A stretch of DNA of 64,000 bases from Leucoraja ocellata (taxonomy: Eukaryota): NCBI GenBank assembly GCA_036785375.1, contig JAWMAR010000424.1:372001-436000 (forward strand), given 5' to 3'. The position numbers were made by a program, and so were the translations under genes. Every line of letters begins with the position of its first letter. The stretch's first letter is position 1. The notes beneath the pieces are model-generated. The model had not been told where the DNA came from and did no database searches. It saw only the letters and a list, made by a program, of their open reading frames with translations. Shown one piece after another: positions 1-14,000 of this stretch.

Positions 1-309
1 AGGCTATTAAACCTGGCTCGGACAAAACTCTGATTATTAATAACCACTTTCTGCTATTTGCACTTTATTAGTTTATTTACTCACATGTGTATATATTTAT
101 ATCATGGTATATGGACACATTTATCTGTTTTGTAGTAAATGCCTCCTATTTTCTGTGTGCTTAAGCAAAGCAAGAATTTCATTATCCTATACAGGGACAC
201 ATGACAATAAACTCACTTGAACACTCACTTGAACTTGAACACTTGAGTAGACATTGTGGGCTGAATAGCTTGTTCCTGCGCTGTTCAGTTAAGTTGCAGA
301 GAGGGGAGC

Positions 310-3105
310 ATTCTTTTTTAAATTTGTTTTAAAATATTTTTATTAGAAGTAGTGTACAATAATATAAGACATGAATAACATATTACATTTCATGTACAAC
401 TTCTTATTTTAAATTTAATAGTAAAAAAGAAGAGTAAGAAAAGCAAGAAATAGAGAGGAAGAGAAAATTATATAAAGTAGTAATATTGTTAATCCGTGAA
501 AAAATAGGGGGAAAAAAGAGCTCACAAGGCCTTATAGCCCGAAAGAAAACAAGAAGGTGATGTGAAATAAGAAAGAAAAGGAATAGAGAAGAAAAAAAGA
601 GAAGAAAAAAGAGAAAATGAAAGGGATATACCTACTTCGTATCTTTACCCACCCCTCACCCAGTTCTGAAACAGTTAATTTCTAAGTTTGCGTTGCACCA
701 TATGCTTGTAATAAGTTGATAAAGGGAGACCAAATCTTTAAGAATTGGTCTGATTTGCCTGATAGGATTAATTTTTCTGTTGCAATTCTAAAGGGGAATT
801 TTAAAAGGAGAGCAATCCTCTTTCTGCATTATTATCCAGTCTACTTGTTGAGCAGACTTGTCCAACCCATGAATTGCATTTTTGATCTCATATCTTCAAG
901 ATGTAACATTTCCGACATGTTTGAAATCCACATTTTGAGCGTTGGTGTGGGTGCATTTTTCCAGAATTTAAGTATGTTTTTTTGCCGTTATTAAGCCATA
1001 ATTAAGGAGACATTTTTGAAACAAAGTCAGCTTACAGTCTTCCATTGATCCAAAGATAATCAGTTCTGTATTGGGGTTCAATTTTATTTTAAATAATTTT
1101 GTAAAAATTCCAAAGATTTCATTCCAAAATGTATGAAGTTTTATGCAAGAGACAAAAGAGTGTACTATAGCAGCATTTTGAGATAAGCATTTATCACAGA
1201 TGGGAGAAACATTTGGAAAAATGGTTTATTCAGTTTGGTTTTTGAGTAATATAATCTATGTAAAATTTTAAATTGAATTAAGTTACGTTTTACATTAATC
1301 GAGCATTTATGTACATATAGCAAGTATTTTTCCCATCTGTCATTCGGAATTTTTATAGATAATTCTTGTTCCCAGTCCATTCTAATAGCCTCTGACGATG
1401 GTATTTCTATATTTAAAATGATGTTATACAAATATGATATTAAATTACTTGATTCCGCTTTTCTGTTCATTCCTTCATCTAATAGATCTGAGGTTAAGGT
1501 TTGATATTCTTGCGTGTGTTTCTTCAAGTAATCTCGGATTTGTAGGTATTTGAAATATTGATTACTTTTCAGGTTGTATTTTAGTTGTAGTTGTTGAAAT
1601 GATAAAAGGTTTACCATTTCATACATGTCTCCAAACGTTTTAGAAACATAGAAATTAGGTGCAGGAGTAGGCCATTCGGCCCTTCGAGCCTGCACCGCCA
1701 TTCAATATGATCATGGCTGATCATCCAACTCAGTATCCTGTACCTGCCTTCTCTCCATACCCTCTGATCCCCTTAGCCACAAGGGCCACATCTAACTCCC
1801 TCTTAAATATAGCCAATGAACTGGCCTCAACTACCCTCTGTGGCAGAGAGTTCCAGAGATTCACCACTCTCTGTGTGAAAAAAGTTCTCCTCATCTTGGT
1901 TTTAAAGGATTTCCCCCTTATCCTTAAGCTGTGACCCCTTGTCCTGGACTTCCCCAACATCGGGAACAATCTTCCTGCATCTAGCCTGACCAACCCCTTA
2001 AGGATTTTGTAAGTTTCTATAAGAAGAATAATAAAGTTCCTTGATGTGTGATCCAAGACCCTGTACAACTGCAGTAGAACCTCCCTGCTCCTATACTCAA
2101 ATCCTCAAATCCTTTTGCTATGAATATGATTTTCCCAATGGGTAAACGTTTTATCAATAATAGATGGTTTAAGTGACGGGTTATTAACTATTGGAGAAAG
2201 AAGCGATAGATTTCTTAATTTGAGAGTTAATTTTATTTGTTTCCAATTTCGTATTGTACTATGAATAATTGGATTCTTCTTGTATATTGTATTATTCCGT
2301 TTTCTCGGGGAGAGATGGATCGCTCCTATATTAAAAGGAGAGCAATCCTCTTTCTGCATTATTATCCAGTCTACTTGTTGAGCAGACTTGTCCAACCAAT
2401 GAATTGCATTTTTGATGTTCACTGCCCAATAGTAATATAAAAAATTGGGTAGTGTCAGTCCGCCGAATTTTTTAGGTTTACACAGATGTTTTCTTTGAAT
2501 TCTATGTGATTTTTTGTGAAGTTTTTTAAATAATTTTTTAGGAAGGTATATTGGTATTGATTGAAATAAATACAAAATTTGTGGTCAAAAAATCATTTTT
2601 ATAGCATTTATTCTGCCTATTAAAGACATCGGGAGTTTTTTCCAACTCATTTAATTTAGTTAGTAAAGGCATATAGTTTGCATTAAATAAAGATTTAAAT
2701 TTTCTAGTAATTTGGATACCCAAATATTTACATTTTTCTGTTGCAATTCTAAAGGGGAATTTTAAAAGGTGTCGTCTCTTGAGGTTTTATCGTCATAATT
2801 TCGCTTTTATTCCAATTTATTCTATATCCTGAAAAGGAACCAAATTCCTCTATTAAATTTAATATATGTGGTATGCTGATTTGCGATTTTGTAATGTATA
2901 ATAATACGTCATCTGCATATAATGAAATTTTATTGTTTGAGTGTTTGGTATTATAATCATGGATATTCGGATGCATTCTTATACTTTCTGCTAGGGGCTC
3001 TATCACAAGAGCAAATAGCAGGGGTGATAGTGCGCATCCCTGCCTATTGCCCCTGGATAGTAGAAATTTCAAAATTGGTGAAGTAACAATTGTTTTAAAA
3101 AACAC
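310..3105 (-). mobile_element. Degenerate L1/Tx1-clade LINE (ORF2 RT and C-terminal fragments)
   Basis: GNRQGCALSPLLFALVIEPL, LYADD, GYRINWNKSE and QFKILHR fragments; frameshifted; A-rich 3' end near 310. Confidence 0.8.
1642..2120 (-). mobile_element. CR1 LINE 3' fragment (subfamily A, TTTCTATG tail) nested in the L1-like element
   Basis: RT C-terminus TRGHSLRI...FFTQRVVNLWNSLP and a tail shared with other copies. Confidence 0.85.
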
Positions 3106-3244
3106 GAAATAAATGAAAAATTACAAGAATTAAAACACAATGATCCAGCTTCATTAATGGAGAGTCAAATGAACCAGTTCTATTCACTGTTGTGTTTTTT
3201 GGGCAGTTATATCACTAGAGGACAGACACACCTACTAAATATTT

Positions 3245-4692
3245 TTCTCTTAACATACCTGAAGAAGCTTTTACTCTCCTTTATATTCTTGGCCAGCTTC
3301 CCTTCGCACTTCATCTTTTAACCCCGTATTGTCCTTTTTGTTACCTTCTGTTGTCCTTTGAATGTTTCCCAATCCTGGTTTCCCGCTACTCTTTGCTATG
3401 TTATACACCTTTTCCTTTAGTTTTATTCCATCCCTAACTTCAATTGCTGCCATGGTCGCCTCTTACTCCCCTTAGAATCTTTCTTCCTCTTTGGAATGAA
3501 ATGATCCTCCATCTTCCTCTTTGGAATGAAATGATCCTGCATCTTCTGGATTATGTCCATAAATTCCTGCTATTGCTGTTCCACCGTCATTTCTGATAGG
3601 ATCCTTCTCCAGTCTACCTTAGCCAGCTCCTCTCTTATGCCTTCATAGTCCCCTTTGTTCAACTGCAACACTGACACTTCTGATTCAATCTTCTCCCTCT
3701 CAAATTGCAGATTAAAACATCATATTATGGTCACTATCTCCTAGCGATTCCTTAACCTTGAGTTCCCTTATCTGTTTCATTAGATAACACTAAATCCAGA
3801 ATTGCCTTCTCTCTGGTTGATTCCAGTGCAAGCTGCTCTAAGAATCCATATCGGAGGCACTCCACAAACTCCCTTTTTTGGGTCCAGAACCATCCTGATT
3901 TTCCCAGTCTACCTGCATATTGAAATCTCCCATAACCACAGTGGCATTAACTTTGTTACATGCCAATTTCATCTCCTGCTGCAACTTGCACCCTATATCC
4001 AGGCTACTGTTTGGGGGCCTGTAGATAACTCCCATTAATGTCTTCTCACCTTTACAATTCCTCAATTCTATCCACAGCAACTCTACATCGTCAGTCCCTA
4101 TGTCACCCCTCGCAAGGGACTGAATTTCATCCCTCACCAACAGAGCTACCACACCTCTTCTGCCCACCTGCCTGTCCTTTCTATAGGACGTATAACCGTG
4201 AATATTCGGTTCCCAGGCCCGATCCTCCTGCAGCCATGTCTCTGTAATCCCCACAATGCCATATCTACCAATCTCTAACTGAGCCTCAAGCTCATCCACT
4301 TTACTTCTTATACTTCATATATAATACTTTTAATCAATTACTCTCCTCACCTTTCACATCGATTCCTATTTCAGTTGGCCATACTCTCCTATCCCTTTGT
4401 GAGCTTCGTTAATTCTGGTGTCTTTCTTAACTTTTCCTGTGCTCTCCCTTTAACTCCATCCTTGTATTTCCAATTTGTCTTCCCCCTCGCCCGTCCCCCC
4501 CCCTCCTCGCCCGCCCCCCCCCCCCCCCCACCCCCCCCCCCCCCCCACTATTTAGTTTAAAGCCACCCGTGTAGCAGTGACAAGCTTGTCTGCCAGAATT
4601 CTGGTTCCCCGCCTGTTAAGGTGCAACCCGTCCCTTTTGTACAATTCACCCTTACCCCAAAGCAGATCCCAGTGGTCTAAGAATCTAAATCC
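3245..4692 (-). mobile_element. CR1 LINE fragment (APE endonuclease region)
   Basis: GITETWL, GVIYRPP, VMGDFN. Confidence 0.82.
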
Positions 4693-4765
4693 CTGTTCAT
4701 CCTCGTTTCAAACTTCCAAACCATTTCCTTGGAATTATATTCCTGAATGTTATCGTTAATCTTAC

Positions 4766-5098
4766 CTAACACGTGCATTGTTGAAAAGCTACTGGCACTG
4801 TCAGGGACGATAAACACAGTGCACATGTACATTCCTTCGTCAGAGATCTGGACTTTTGGAAGATGAATTGAAGCGTTTCCCTTCAGTAATTCAGCCTCAG
4901 AAATATAGGCACCAGGTCGATTTCGCTGTTTAGTTCCTCCTTCAAAGGAAAACACTTCTGTTTTCTCATTAAGGGTCCATATGACTGCCATCTTTTTTAA
5001 GTCAACGTTTCCAGACCCAGTAACCACGCATTTCAGAGTCACATTGTCATTTACAAATACCATCAGTGGACTTGCAAATATCTCCAGCTCAATGGTAT
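4766..5098 (-). CDS. IgV-domain exon (333 nt, phase 1-1) of the B7/NCR3LG1-like gene
   Basis: V-set hallmarks VTLKC, W, GNASIHL, and DEGMYMC (D-x-G-x-Y-x-C). Acceptor ttttttag at 5099-5100 and donor G|gtaag at 4765 on the minus strand. Confidence 0.88.
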
Positions 5099-8000
5099 CT
5101 AAAAAAAGCATAAAAAACATAAATTGTGAAAGACGTATATAATGATGACATGATAAAAGTATATAAAATTATGAGAAGCATTGTCAACATCCACACGGGA
5201 ACCCACATCATGGACCGGGAACATGGGAATACACGACATGGACCGGGAACACAGGAACAAACACCACGGACCGGGAACACGGACTGGGAACACATTAACC
5301 CACGTCACAGACCGGGAACATGGGAACACACGCCATAGACCGGGAACACATGAACCCACGCCATGGACCAGGAACATGGGAACACAGACTGGGAACATGG
5401 GAACACACGCCACGGACCAGGTACATGGGAACACGGGAACATGGACTGGGAACATGGGAACCCACCATGGACCGGGAACACGGGAACCCACACCACGGAC
5501 TGGGAACATGGACCGGGAACATGGACCAGGAACACAGGAACATGGGTATGTGAAAAGAAAGAGATTAGTTAAAACAAATGTAGGTCCCTTGCAGTCAGAA
5601 ACAGGTGAGTTGATCATGGGGAACAAGGACATGGCGGACCAATTGAATAACTACTTTGGTTCCGTCTTCACTAAGGAAGACATAAATAATTTGCCGGAAA
5701 TAGCAGGGGACCGCGGGTCAAAGGAGTTGGAGGAATTGAGTGAAATCCAGGTTAGCCGGGAAGTGGTGTTGGGTAAATTGAATGGATTAAAGGCCGATAA
5801 ATCCCCAGGGCCAGATAGGCTGCATCCCAGAGTACTTAAGGAAGTAGCTCCAGAAATAGTGGATGCATTAGTAATAATCTTTCAAAACTCTTTAGATTCT
5901 GGAGTAGTTCCTGAAGATTGGCGGGTAGCAAACGTAACCCCACTTTTTAAGAAGGGAGGGAGAGAGAAAATGGGGAATTACAGACCAGTTAGTCTAACAT
6001 CGGTAGTGGGGAAACTGCTAGAGTCAGTTATTAAAGATGGGATAGCAGCACATTTGGAAAGTGGTGAAATCATTGGACAAAGTCAGCATGGATTTACGAA
6101 AGGTAAATCATGTCTGACGAATCTTATAGAATTTTTCGAGGATGTAACTAGTAGCGTGGATAGGGGAGAACCAGTGGATGTGGTGTATCTGGACTTCCAG
6201 AAGGCTTTCGACAAGGTCCCACATAAGAGATTAGTATACAAACTTAAAGCACACGGCATTGGGGGTTCAGTATTGATGTGGATAGAGAACTGGCTGGCAA
6301 ACAGGAAGCAAAGAGTAGGAGTAAACGGGTCCTTTTCACAATGGCAGGCAGTGACTAGTGGGGTACCGCAAGGCTCAGTGCTGGGACCCCAGCTATTTAC
6401 AATATATATTAATGATCTGGATGAGGGAATTGAAGGCAATATCTCCAAGTTTGCGGATGACACTAAGCTGGGGGGCAGTGTTAGCTGTGAGGAGGATGCT
6501 AGGAGACTGCAAGGTGACTTGGATAGGCTGGGTGAGTGGGCAAATGTTTGGCAGGTGCAGTATAATGTGGATAAATGTGAGGTTATCCATTTTGGTGGCA
6601 AAAACGGGAAAGCAGACTATTATCTAAATGGTGGCCGATTGGGAAAGGGGGAGAAGCAGCGAGACCTGGGTGTCATGGTACACCAGTCATTGAAGGTAGG
6701 CATGCAGGTGCAGCAGGCAGTAAAGAAAGCGAATGGTATGTTAGCTTTCATTGCAAAAGGATTTGAGTATAGGAGCAGGGAGGTTCTACTGCAGTTGTAC
6801 AGGGTCTTGGTGAGACCACACCTGGAGTATTGCGTACAGTTTTGGTCTCCAAATCTGAGGAAGGACATTATTGCCATAGAGGGAGTGCAGAGACGGTTCA
6901 CCAGACTGATTCCTGGTATGTCAGGACTGTCTTATGAAGAAAGACTGGATTGACTTGGTTTATACTCTCTAGAATTTAGGAGATTGAGAGGGGATCTTAT
7001 AGAAACTTACAAAATTCTTAAGGGGTTGGACAGGCTAGATGCAGGAAGATTGTTCCCGATGTTAGGGAAGTCCAGGACAAGGGGTCACAGCTTAAGGATA
7101 AGGGGGAAATCCTTTAAAACCGAGATAAGAAGAACTTTTTTCACACAAAGAGTGGTGAATCTCTGGAACTCTCTGCCACAGAGGGTAGTTGAGGCCAGTT
7201 CATTGGCTATATTTAAGAGGGAGTTAGATGTGGCCCTTGTGGCTAAGGAGATCAGGGGGTATGGAGAGAAGGCAGGTACGGGATACTGAGTTGGATGATC
7301 AGCCATGATCATATTAAATGGCGGTGCAGGCTCGAAGGGCCGAATGGCCTACTCCTGCACCTAATTTCTATGTTTCTATGTTTCTATGACTCCACGCCAC
7401 GGACCGGGGACACTGGAACATGGGACCCCGCCCAGATGACCTACCCTGATAGTAGGGCCTGTGAGCATGTGGGCTGCGGGAGGGAGTGAATGGCCTCGGT
7501 GGGGGAATGGGCCACTGGAGGCCCTGCAACAGCCTAGGGCTCGGTTGGACCGGGTGCCACTCCAAGAGGCGGAGCGCGTGGACCGGATGCAGCCTATAAC
7601 GGTGGAACAGTGACGGAGAACACCATGACTACGCTTGGCCAGACCGACCCTGCAACACCGTCAGCACATCGGGCCTTCATAGTCGGGTCAAGAACCCTGC
7701 ACTCACAACAACTGGGACTTGGAAATGGTGTCAAACTGGTGACTCTAAACTGTCTCTGTGGACCACTGCTATACTGTTCATATCACCTCCTCCACAGCCA
7801 AATATGGACCATTGTGCTGGCTCTGATCTGTTCTGTACCTCTTCATATCTCTAGTTTCCCTCTCCCTTGACTCTCAATCTGAAGAAGGGTCTCAACCCTA
7901 AACGTCACCTGTCCATGTTCTCCAGAGATGCTGCCTGACTCACTGCCCGAGAAGGTCGACGCTATCTGTCGCTTCCCAAGGCCTCTATCTGTCAAGGGCC

Positions 8001-11000
8001 TGCAGAGGTTTATCGGGATGGTTAATTTCTACTACCGACTCATCCCGTCAGCAGCCACCATCATGCAGCCGTTGTTCCAATGTCTGGCCGGTAAGCCTAA
8101 GGGCCTGGTCTGGTCCAAGGAGGCGGAGAAGACGTTCGAGGGGGCTGACACTGCATTAGTCAATGCCACTATGCTGGAACACCCTAGGGCGTCAGCCCAA
8201 ACGGCCCTCACCATGGACGTCTCCGACGTCGTGGTAGGTGCCGTCCTCGAACAACGAGTAGGTAGCCGCGGGGTGCCACTGGCATTTTTCAGCAGGCAAC
8301 TGCGAGCCCCCGAAGTTAAGTATAGCGCTTTCGATTGGGAACTCCTCACGCTCTACCTAGCGACCAGCCATTTCCGATAACTTCCTAGAGGGGCGCGCAT
8401 TCTCCGCATTCAAGGACCACAAGGTGTCCGATCCCTGGTCTGCCAGGCAGCAGAGGCACCTGGCCTACATTTCCGAATTCACATCTGATATTCGGCATGT
8501 GGCGGGGAAGCTGAACGTTGTGGCTGACGCGCTGTCCCGTCCGGCAGCACCCGGAGTTTCAACGTTAAGTCTAGGTGTGGATTATGAGGAGCTGGTCGCT
8601 GCCCAACAGGCAGATGTTGGTATGGAGGTTTACCGCAATGCTGAGTCAGGCCTTAAGTTGTCCAAGGTGCCCTGCAGCGTCACCGGCGTGCGAGTCCTTT
8701 GCGATGTCTCCACGGGCAAAGCCCGTCCCATTGTCCCGGTTGCTTGGAGGCGTCGGATTTTCGACACTATCCACAGCCTAGCGCACCGGTCCATTCGCGC
8801 CACCTCTGCCTTGGTCACGGCCAAGTTCGTCTGGCATGGGTTATGGAAGCATGTCGCAGCATGGGCCCGTTCGTGCATCCCATGCTAGACTTCCAAGGTA
8901 CAGATTCATGTGTGCCCGCCCGTGCAGGATTTCGCTGTTCCAGACGGCAGGTTCCTGCACATCCATGTCGACCTGGTGGGTCCCTGACTATCGTGGACAG
9001 GTTTAGCAGGTGGGCGGAGGCAATACCGTTAAAGGATACCTCCGCTGAAGCTTGCGCGCGGGCCATCAACTCGCATTGGATCGCTCGTTTCGGGGGTCCC
9101 TTTCCGATATCACTACTGATCGTGGGGCCCAGTTCACGTCCTCCATGTGGTGTGGTATGGCGCAGCTGTACGGGGCGAAGCTGCACCAGACCACCGCGTA
9201 TCACCCGGAGTCCAACGGTTTGGTTGAGAGTTTCACAGGCACCTCAAGTCGGCATTGAAAGTCTGGCTCACCGGCCCCGATTGGGTCGACCAGTTGCCTT
9301 GGGGTCTCCTGGGCATCAGAACTATGCCTAAGGAAGAACCCAACGCCTCCTCGACCGAGCTTGTTTACAGCTCAGTTTTGCGGGTACCTGGGGATTTTCT
9401 GCCCGTCCCCCGGGATCAGGAGGTCCCGACTTCAGTGGTACTAGCTGACCTTCGCGAGCGCGGGTCGTCCGCGGTGCATGTGCCTACTATGTTACGGGAT
9501 TGTACTTCTGTTTTCCTTCGTAGGGATGTTCACCGCTCGCCGTTACAGCGGGTGTACGAAGGTCCATACAGGGTGCTGAGGACTGGTACCTCGACGTTCA
9601 CGTTGGACATGGGTGGCAGGGAGAAGTTTGTCTCCGTGAGCCGCCTTAAGCCAGCCTACATCGATGAGGATAGCCCGGTGGCTGTGGCCACTCCGCGGCG
9701 TAGAGGGCATCCGCCGGCTGTTTTGCCGTCCTCTGCACCTGTTATCCCCAGTTATGTTTCACCGGTCCCCTCTGTTATGCCCGTTCCTCGTTCGCGTTTG
9801 TCGCATCCCTCCGGTTCTGTTTCGCTAGACCTGAATGTTACGCTCGCCCCGCGACCTTGGACTACGCGTTCCGGTCTGACCGTCCGGTTATCCGTGCGTT
9901 TCCGTACGGGGGAGGGGATGGGGGGCATGTAGCGGCGCCTACTGGCGCACGCAGGTATCGAACCCGGCGTTCATAAGCCGCGGTCACGTGACTCGGGAGG
10001 GGCTGCTTGTTTTCGCGCGGTTTTGCTTTCGCGCGTTAGTTCAGTGCTGACCACCGTTGTGGCCAGACGTGTCGTGAGAGCCTGTAAACTGAGAAGTGAT
10101 TTTCTGAATAAAAAATTGTTTGTAAACTCAGTTGTCGTTCTTGAGACCGCCAAAGTACCATTATTATCATTACCATTGTTACTGCAGAATCTGAATGTAA
10201 AGTCCTGACATTTATTACAGATCATGTTACACTTGATTTGTAACTTTGCCAATCAGTAAAGAGTGGACTTTGATAAGAAATGTATAAATAGACTGTACAA
10301 CCTTTAATTCATTTTGTACTTTGTCGTGCAAATACTTATTGCTTGTAGGTTAATTGGCCCCTGGTGTGCAGGAAGTGAATGACAAAGTTGGATGACATAG
10401 AGCTACTGTGAACGGGTGATCGATGGGCTGCGTGGAATCGATGGGCCAAAGGGCTGCAGCTTTCAATCAATCAATATGCAGAAGGCCCTTCAGCCCATGA
10501 GCTAGCACAGAGGCAGCTAGCACAGAGGAAAGTTGTCAGTATGGGGGGATGCTGCCATAATATTCCCCCCTCACTTATAACGGACTGGGAACACGGGAAC
10601 CCATACCACGGACCGGGAACATGGGAACCCATGCCACAGCCCGGGCACAGGGGAACATGGACTGGGATCACGGGAACATGGACTGGGATCACGGGAACAT
10701 AGACTGGGATCACGGGAACATGGACTAGGATCATGGAAACATGAACTGGGATCACGGGAACATGGACTGGGATCACGGGAACACGTACTGGGATCACGGG
10801 AACATGGACTGGGATCACGAGAACATGGAATGGGATCACGGGAACACGTACTGGGATCACGGGAACAAGGGCTGGGATCACGGGAACATGGACTGGGATC
10901 ACGGGAACATGGACTGGGATCACGGGAACAAGGACTGGGATCACGGGAACATGGACTGGGAACACGGGAACATGGACTGGGATCACGGGAACAAGGACTG

Positions 11001-14000
11001 GGATCACGGGAACATGGACTGGGATCACGGGAACATGGACTGGGAACATGGGAACATGGACTGGGATCACGGGAACATGGACTGGGAACACGGGAACATG
11101 GACTGGGATCACAGGAACATGGACTGGGATCACGGGAACAAGGACTGGAAACACGGGAACGGACTGGGATCACGGGAACGTACTAGGATCACGGGAACAA
11201 GTAGGTATGTTACAAAACCTACCTGAATCATCATTAGGAATCTGCCCTCAGCCATGTCGGCGATTTTGGCGCTGTTTGGAGGGGGCGGGTTTAAAACGCG
11301 ATTTTTACTAGGCTGTACTAATCGCACATGTTCAGCCTAGTAAATCATTAACGAAAAATCGCTGCAAGACCCGGTCGCAAAAGGTATTATTAGTTTTATA
11401 GGCCTCGATAATATAGTTCTAATAGATTTAAAATTACTGTTTCATCTCGCAACCATTCGCAGCCCCAGGGTTTTATAGAGCAAACAATTAAAGGTATGTA
11501 CCTTATTTTTACATTAAATGGGCCATATATATAACCCTATATATCAAATTATCTATAACGAATAGCTCATTTTGGGCTTTTTATATCCCGCAGTATTTTT
11601 CTCGGCACTTGAGGGCACTGATCCAGCGCTATGTCAACGTTCTAAACCGGCGCGTTCCACATGAACCCACTAGAAAGCCGATTTAAATGGGCATTTATTT
11701 ACAGCAATTGAACACTAAATTCCTTCCATTTGGCCTATAAATTAATGTAAATTAGATATAAAAATCATGTTATATTGTGAATTATTTGTGAATAATCTTT
11801 GGACAGGCTATTTAAAAATGTTAATCTTTCCTTAAGAAATGGCCTGTTGACTATCCAAGATCACAGCTTTTTTGTAATGTCCATTGAAAATCAATAGGGA
11901 ACAAGATGCTAATTTCCGAGTATGAAAATGGTCATAACTTTTTTAATACTTGAGATATGAAAGTGAATTTGGTGTCAAATTAAACTTATTGTTATGCTTT
12001 ATCTGATGGGATAAATTGCAGACTTGATTTTTTAAATCTCAAAATTTTGTAACATTGCTAGAACAAGGGCTGTGATCATGGCAACACGGACTGGGATCAT
12101 GGGATCATGGACTGGGATCACGGGAACCCACCACAGATCTGGAACACAGGAACCCACACCACGGACCAGAAATACGTGAACCTGCCCGAAAAGCCCACCC
12201 TGATAGGAGGGCCTGTGAGCATGTGGGCTGCGGGAGGGAGTACATGGCCTAGACGGGGGAGTGGGCCGCTGGAGGCCCTGCAACAGCCTGGGGCTCGGTT
12301 GGACCGGGTGCCGCTCCAAGAGACGGAGCGTTTGGACCTGATGCGGACTACAGCGGTGGAGCAGTGGCGGAGAACACCATGGCTACGCTTGGCCAGGCCA
12401 ACCCTGCAACACCATCAGCACAACGGGCCTTCATTGTCGTGTCAAGAACCCTGCACTCACAACAACCGGGACTTGGAAATGGTGTCAAACTGGTGACTCT
12501 AAACTGTCTCTGGACCACTGCTATACTGTTCATATCTCCTCGTTATCACCTCCTCCACAGCCAAAAATGGACCATTGTGCTGGCTCTGATCTGTTCTGTA
12601 CCTCTTCATATCTCTAGTTTCCCTCTCCCTTGACTCTCAATCTGAAGAAGGATCTCAACCCTAAACGTCACCTGTCCATGTTCTGCAGAGATGCTGCCTG
12701 ACCCGCTGAGTTACTCCAGCACTTTGTGTCCACCTTCGGTATAAACCAGCATCTGCAGTTCCTTCCTACACTAGTATGAACTTGTACTGTGCCTGAGATA
12801 TTTATCTAAGAGCTTATGTATAGTGATACTTGTACTAAACTGTATACAATAATGAATATCACTGCGCCTCAGTACATGTTACAAATAACGTGCCATTATT
12901 ATCATTACTAATGTTACTGCAGGATCTGAATGTAAAGTCCTGACATTTATCACAGATCATGTTACACTTAATTTGTAACTTTGCCAATCAGTAAAGAGTG
13001 GACTTTGATAAGAAATGTACAAATATACTGTACAACCTTTCCATTTTGTACTTTGCCATGCAAATAATTATTGGTACCATATAACCATATAACCATAACA
13101 ATTACAGCACGGAAACAGGCCATCTCGACCTTCTAGTCCGTGCCGAACACGTATTCTCCCCTAGTCCCATATACCTGCGCTCAGACCATAACCCTCCATT
13201 CCTTTCCCGTCCATATAACTATCCAATTTATTTTTAAATGATAAAAACGAACCTGCCTCTACCACCTTCACTGGAAGCTCATTCCACACAGCTACCACTC
13301 TCTGAATAAAGGAGTTCCCACTCATGTTACCCCTAAACTTCAGTCCCTTAATTCTCAAGTCATGTCCCTTTGTTTGAATCTTCCCTCCTCTCAGTGGGAA
13401 AAGCTTATCCACGTCAACTCTGTCTATCCCTCTCATCATTTTAAAGACCTCTATCAAGTCCCCCCTTAACCTTCAGCGCTCCAAAGAATAAAGCCCTAAC
13501 TTGTTCAACTTTTCTCTGTAACTTAGTTGCTGACACCCAGGCAACATTCTAGTAAATCTCCTCTGTACTCTCTCTATTTTGTTGACATCCTTCCTATAAT
13601 TAGGCGACCAAAATTGTACACCATACTCCAGAATTGGCCTCACCAATGCCTTGTACAATTTTAACATTACATCCCAACTTCTATATTCAATGCTCTGATT
13701 TATAAAGGCCAGCACACCAAAAGCTTTTTTAACCACCCTATCTACATGAGATTCCACTTTCAGGGAACTGTGCACAGTTATTCCCAGATCCCTCTGTTCA
13801 CCTGCTTTCCTCAATTCCCTACCATTTACCATGTACGTCCTATTTTGATTTGTCCTGCCAAGATGTAGCACCTCACACTTATCAGCATTGAATTCCATCT
13901 GCCATCTTTCAGCCCACTCTTCCAACTGGCATAAATCTCTCTGTAGACTTTGAAAATCTACTTGATTATCCACAACCCCACCTATCTTAGTATCATCTGC

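Noticed and set aside
3245-3275. Apparent splice donor TTCAG|gtatgt on the minus strand as another Ig-gene exon
   Set aside because: The sequence is CR1 ORF2 (KSFFRYVKRK).
6083-6901. Antisense ORFs repeated across CR1 copies (172 aa, 93 aa, 75 aa)
   Set aside because: Shadow frames of CR1 RT; they recur only because the copies are nearly identical.
5181-6953. 590-aa novel repeat-RT fusion protein
   Set aside because: Chance in-frame junction of a minisatellite and a truncated CR1; the RT ends at a premature stop.
10651-11200. CRISPR-like array or repeat-protein gene
   Set aside because: Units are contiguous with no unique spacers, the context is eukaryotic and intronic, and the ORFs arise from a stop-free 21-mer.
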